Sequence record: SRR31156797_13268 | Reading direction: 5' to 3' (one strand) | DNA length: 39,197 nt | Part shown: one piece after another, positions 36,353-39,197 of the stretch | How positions within the stretch are numbered: the first letter of the stretch is position 1 | Layout: every line of letters starts with the position of its first letter | Translations under genes and position numbers: made by a program | Notes under the pieces: model-generated | Told to the model about the DNA's origin: nothing | Database searches by the model: none | What the model saw: the letters and a program-made list of their open reading frames with translations, nothing else

Positions 36353-36898
36353 ATGAATACTTACATTGAAAGAAAATGCGAATATATTTCTGAAAGAGAA
36401 ATAAGTTGTTTTTTTTATGAAAATATTAATTTCATTAAAAATGTAGTTAATAAGTTTATATTCTCGAAATATGTAGGTGCTACAAAAAGTGATGTGGATG
36501 AAGTTTGTCAAGAAGTAGCATTAAAGATTTTAAAAAATGACTACATAGCAAAGTACTCCTCTGAAAAAAGCTCTATAAACACTTGGTTGTATATTATAAG
36601 TCATTCTGTTGCCGTTGATTACATGAGAAAAAATAATCGCATATATATTAATGTAGATGATCTTGAAGAGCTCTCAGCACCTGAAAATGAAAAAATAGAT
36701 TTTAACTACCCTGAAAATATTTTGTCCAAGAGACAAAAGGAAGTCGTAAGGATGATTTTTTGGGGAGATTTAAAGGCTGTTGAAGTAGCTGAACAGTTGG
36801 GGATCACCTCCCGTACAGTTCGCTGCATCAAGCATCAGGCAATCCAAAAACTCCGCCGCCATTTTTCAGCGGTCAATGAGAGGAGGGTCGTATCATGA
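36353..36898 (+). CDS. ECF-type sigma-70 factor
   Basis: Region 2 DVDEVCQEVALKI…SINTWLYIISHSVAVDYMRK; region 4 LSKRQKEVV…VAEQLGITSRTVR…AIQKLR; AGGAGG RBS; markedly AT-rich. Confidence 0.85.
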   Translation: MNTYIERKCEYISEREISCFFYENINFIKNVVNKFIFSKYVGATKSDVDEVCQEVALKILKNDYIAKYSSEKSSINTWLYIISHSVAVDYMRKNNRIYINVDDLEELSAPENEKIDFNYPENILSKRQKEVVRMIFWGDLKAVEVAEQLGITSRTVRCIKHQAIQKLRRHFSAVNERRVVS

Positions 36899-37572
36899 GT
36901 GTCGACGGCGTTAGCTACTACAGCAGCTTAACCGGGTCGGATTCGGCCAGTTCCGCAACCACGGCCAGCGACAATACCTCGCTTGATCAGGTTGATTTTC
37001 TGACCCTGCTGACCACCCAGCTGGAATATCAGGATCCTACCAACCCCGTGGATAACACCGAAATGGTCAACCAGATGACCAACTATTCCATGCTCGATGA
37101 AGACGTCCAGCAGAATGAAAATCTGGAGACCATCATCAACCAGCTGGATGCCCTCTCCGCCCTGAGCACCTCCGGTTACATTGGCGAAGATGTCATGGCT
37201 GACGGCGGGATTCTCACTGTGGAAGACGGTACAGCCACTAACGTGACCATAGACCTGCAGGAAGATGCTTCTGTTCTCGGCCTGAATATTTACGACACTG
37301 ACGGAACCCTTGTGGACACCGTTTACTACACCGATCTCGAAGCGGGCGAATTTGAAATTTCCGGTGAGGATATCTTGAGTAATTCCAACCTTGAATCAGA
37401 CGGAACCTACATCGCCATGGCCTTTGCCAACGATGCCGACGACGCATCAATCCCAGTCTACATCAAGTCCCCCGGGACCATTACCGCAGTGGATCAGGAC
37501 GACTCAGGTAACACAACCCTGACTCTTGATGACGGCCGGGAAGTTTCAATCACCGACGTTACTTTTATTTAA
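36895..37572 (+). CDS. flgD: Flagellar hook capping protein FlgD (very acidic variant)
   Basis: DFLTLLTTQLEYQDPTNPVDNTEMVNQM motif, YIG, IYDTDGTLV, DGTY; ATGA overlap with the sigma gene. Confidence 0.92.
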   Translation: MSVDGVSYYSSLTGSDSASSATTASDNTSLDQVDFLTLLTTQLEYQDPTNPVDNTEMVNQMTNYSMLDEDVQQNENLETIINQLDALSALSTSGYIGEDVMADGGILTVEDGTATNVTIDLQEDASVLGLNIYDTDGTLVDTVYYTDLEAGEFEISGEDILSNSNLESDGTYIAMAFANDADDASIPVYIKSPGTITAVDQDDSGNTTLTLDDGREVSITDVTFI

Positions 37573-37601
37573 ATAAATTTAATAAACGCAGGAGCAAAAA
37601 G

Positions 37602-39143
37602 ATGAGTGTCACCAGTTCTCTGTATACCGGAATTTCAGGCCTTAATGTAAACTCACAGGCAACTTCCGTGGTTTCCAACAACCTCGCCAACTCTTCAACG
37701 GTTGGATTCAAAAGTTCGGATGCGGTCTTTGAAGATGTCTTCTACTCCACCATCACCACCGGAAGCGGCCTTTCACAGGTAGGCAACGGGGCCGGGGTCT
37801 CCACCATTAACGTCGACTACACTCAGGGGTCTTATGAAGACTCCAGTGTCTCCACCAACGTGGCCCTTAATGGTGACGGTTACTTTATAGTAGTGGACCC
37901 GGATACCAGCACCACTTACTACACCCGCGCCGGTAACTTTGATTTTGATAAAGACGGCTATTTGGTCGATCCATACGGCAATCAGGTTCAGGGTTGGGAA
38001 ATTGAAGACGGTACAGCCTCCGGTTCTCTGACTACCATCCAGCTGGACCAGTCCCAGTCACCGCCCAAGGCTACTTCCGAGATTAGTCTGACCATGAACC
38101 TTGATTCCCAGAGTGTGGATGAGGCAATTACCTCCAATCCTTACACCTCCCTGTTCGAACTTTACGACGGTACTGAAAATCCGCCGCTGGATGATTCGCA
38201 GTACAGTTATTCCACCACTATGACCGTCTATGATGAAAACGGTTCAGCACATGACATGACCTATTATATGGACCCGGTTGATGTGGACGCGGACGGTAAT
38301 ATTATTTGGGAATATGTAGCAGCCACTGACGCTGAAGATGATATGCGGACCGGAGCAGGCGGCAATGCCTTGAATACCACCAGCGGTGCAGGACTATCCA
38401 TGACCGGGACTATGACTTTTAACTCTGAAGGCCAGATGACTTCCATGACAGCCTTCACTCTTTCCAATGCAGCTACATCTGCCGACACCAAGGACCCCGA
38501 TCAGTGGGGCTTGGCTGACCTCAGCCCTGAAGGTTACCCGGAAGTGAATCTCAACTTTACCGGAAGCACCAGTGGGCAGGATGTGGCGATAAACTTCGGT
38601 ATGTCCAGTGACGATGCTACTTGGGATACTTCCGGGGGGATCAATACCCTTGGCGATATAACCGCTGCTACCGCCTATTCGGATTTACCTTCCTTTTCTG
38701 ATTATACCCTCGAATTGGGAGCTACCACCAGTTACAGCGACAGTTCTTCAGCTACCTACAGCGTTGGGCAGGATGGTTACCCTACCGGTTCACTGGTTTC
38801 CGTTGAAGTAGATGAAAACGGTATCCTTGTCGGTAACTATTCCAATAGCCAATCTATCGAACTTTACCAGCTCGGGCTTGCCGATTTTACCAACGAAGGT
38901 GGGCTGACCGCAGAGGGTGGGACCTTGTTCCGGGCCACCACCGAGTCCGGTGAAGCCATCATCGGAACCGCCGGGTCCGCAGGGTTCGGAACCGTAGTTT
39001 CCAATTCCCTCGAAGCCTCAAACGTGGACCTCGCTTCCCAGATGACCGAGCTGATCATCATTCAGTCCGCCTATCAGGCCAACAGTAAGGTTGTAACAAC
39101 AGCCGACACTTTGTTGCAGACTGCAATTTCATTGAAAAGTTAG
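37602..39143 (+). CDS. flgE: Flagellar hook protein FlgE (very acidic variant)
   Basis: NNLANSSTVGFK, ALNGDGYF, YTRAGNF, VYDENGSAH, QDGY, YSN, LEASNVDLA…YQANSKVVTTAD. Confidence 0.95.
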   Translation: MSVTSSLYTGISGLNVNSQATSVVSNNLANSSTVGFKSSDAVFEDVFYSTITTGSGLSQVGNGAGVSTINVDYTQGSYEDSSVSTNVALNGDGYFIVVDPDTSTTYYTRAGNFDFDKDGYLVDPYGNQVQGWEIEDGTASGSLTTIQLDQSQSPPKATSEISLTMNLDSQSVDEAITSNPYTSLFELYDGTENPPLDDSQYSYSTTMTVYDENGSAHDMTYYMDPVDVDADGNIIWEYVAATDAEDDMRTGAGGNALNTTSGAGLSMTGTMTFNSEGQMTSMTAFTLSNAATSADTKDPDQWGLADLSPEGYPEVNLNFTGSTSGQDVAINFGMSSDDATWDTSGGINTLGDITAATAYSDLPSFSDYTLELGATTSYSDSSSATYSVGQDGYPTGSLVSVEVDENGILVGNYSNSQSIELYQLGLADFTNEGGLTAEGGTLFRATTESGEAIIGTAGSAGFGTVVSNSLEASNVDLASQMTELIIIQSAYQANSKVVTTADTLLQTAISLKS

Positions 39144-39197
39144 TTAACGCACTAAGTTGGATACGATAGCGGCGAAGCCCTAATAAAAGTTTTTGGG

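Noticed and set aside
1-39197. CRISPR array, rRNA/tRNA, transposase, integrase or phage genes
   Set aside because: No regularly spaced repeats, RNA-gene signatures or recombinase motifs were seen anywhere in the window.

Overview
A 39 kb chromosomal segment, most likely from a sulfate-reducing Desulfovibrionaceae bacterium (Maridesulfovibrio-like, inferred from gene content and protein style). Left part: DASS carboxylate transporter (truncated by the window edge), two chemoreceptors, an orphan periplasmic binding protein, a Tat-lipoprotein M48 protease, a FetAB-like ABC pair and a PAS/GAF diguanylate cyclase. Centre: a multiheme cytochrome c-rnfCDGEAB-apbE operon behind a Rex-like box and a roughly 350-nt highly structured leader. 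This Rnf looks rewired: RnfC lacks the FMN/NADH motif, RnfD lacks the flavinylated Thr, RnfB is fused to a GltD/NfnB-like flavoprotein, and the cytochrome has five hemes. Next come a direct-repeat-flanked methyltransferase/MarR cassette, three more c-di-GMP enzymes (one coupled to a BMP-family binding protein), an SMR exporter and an MCP-hemerythrin. Right part, the best candidate for an undescribed system: an operon of response regulator, TonB-dependent receptor, YfiR-like protein and histidine kinase, divergent from flagellin, an AT-rich ECF sigma factor, flgD and flgE. The same 16-bp tandem-repeat box (GCTTAAGAAnnGTTAA) precedes both flagellar transcription units, and FlgD/FlgE are extremely acidic and almost free of Lys/Arg. 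No rRNA, tRNA, CRISPR array or transposase was seen. All family calls rest on motif recognition by eye; no database searches were run.
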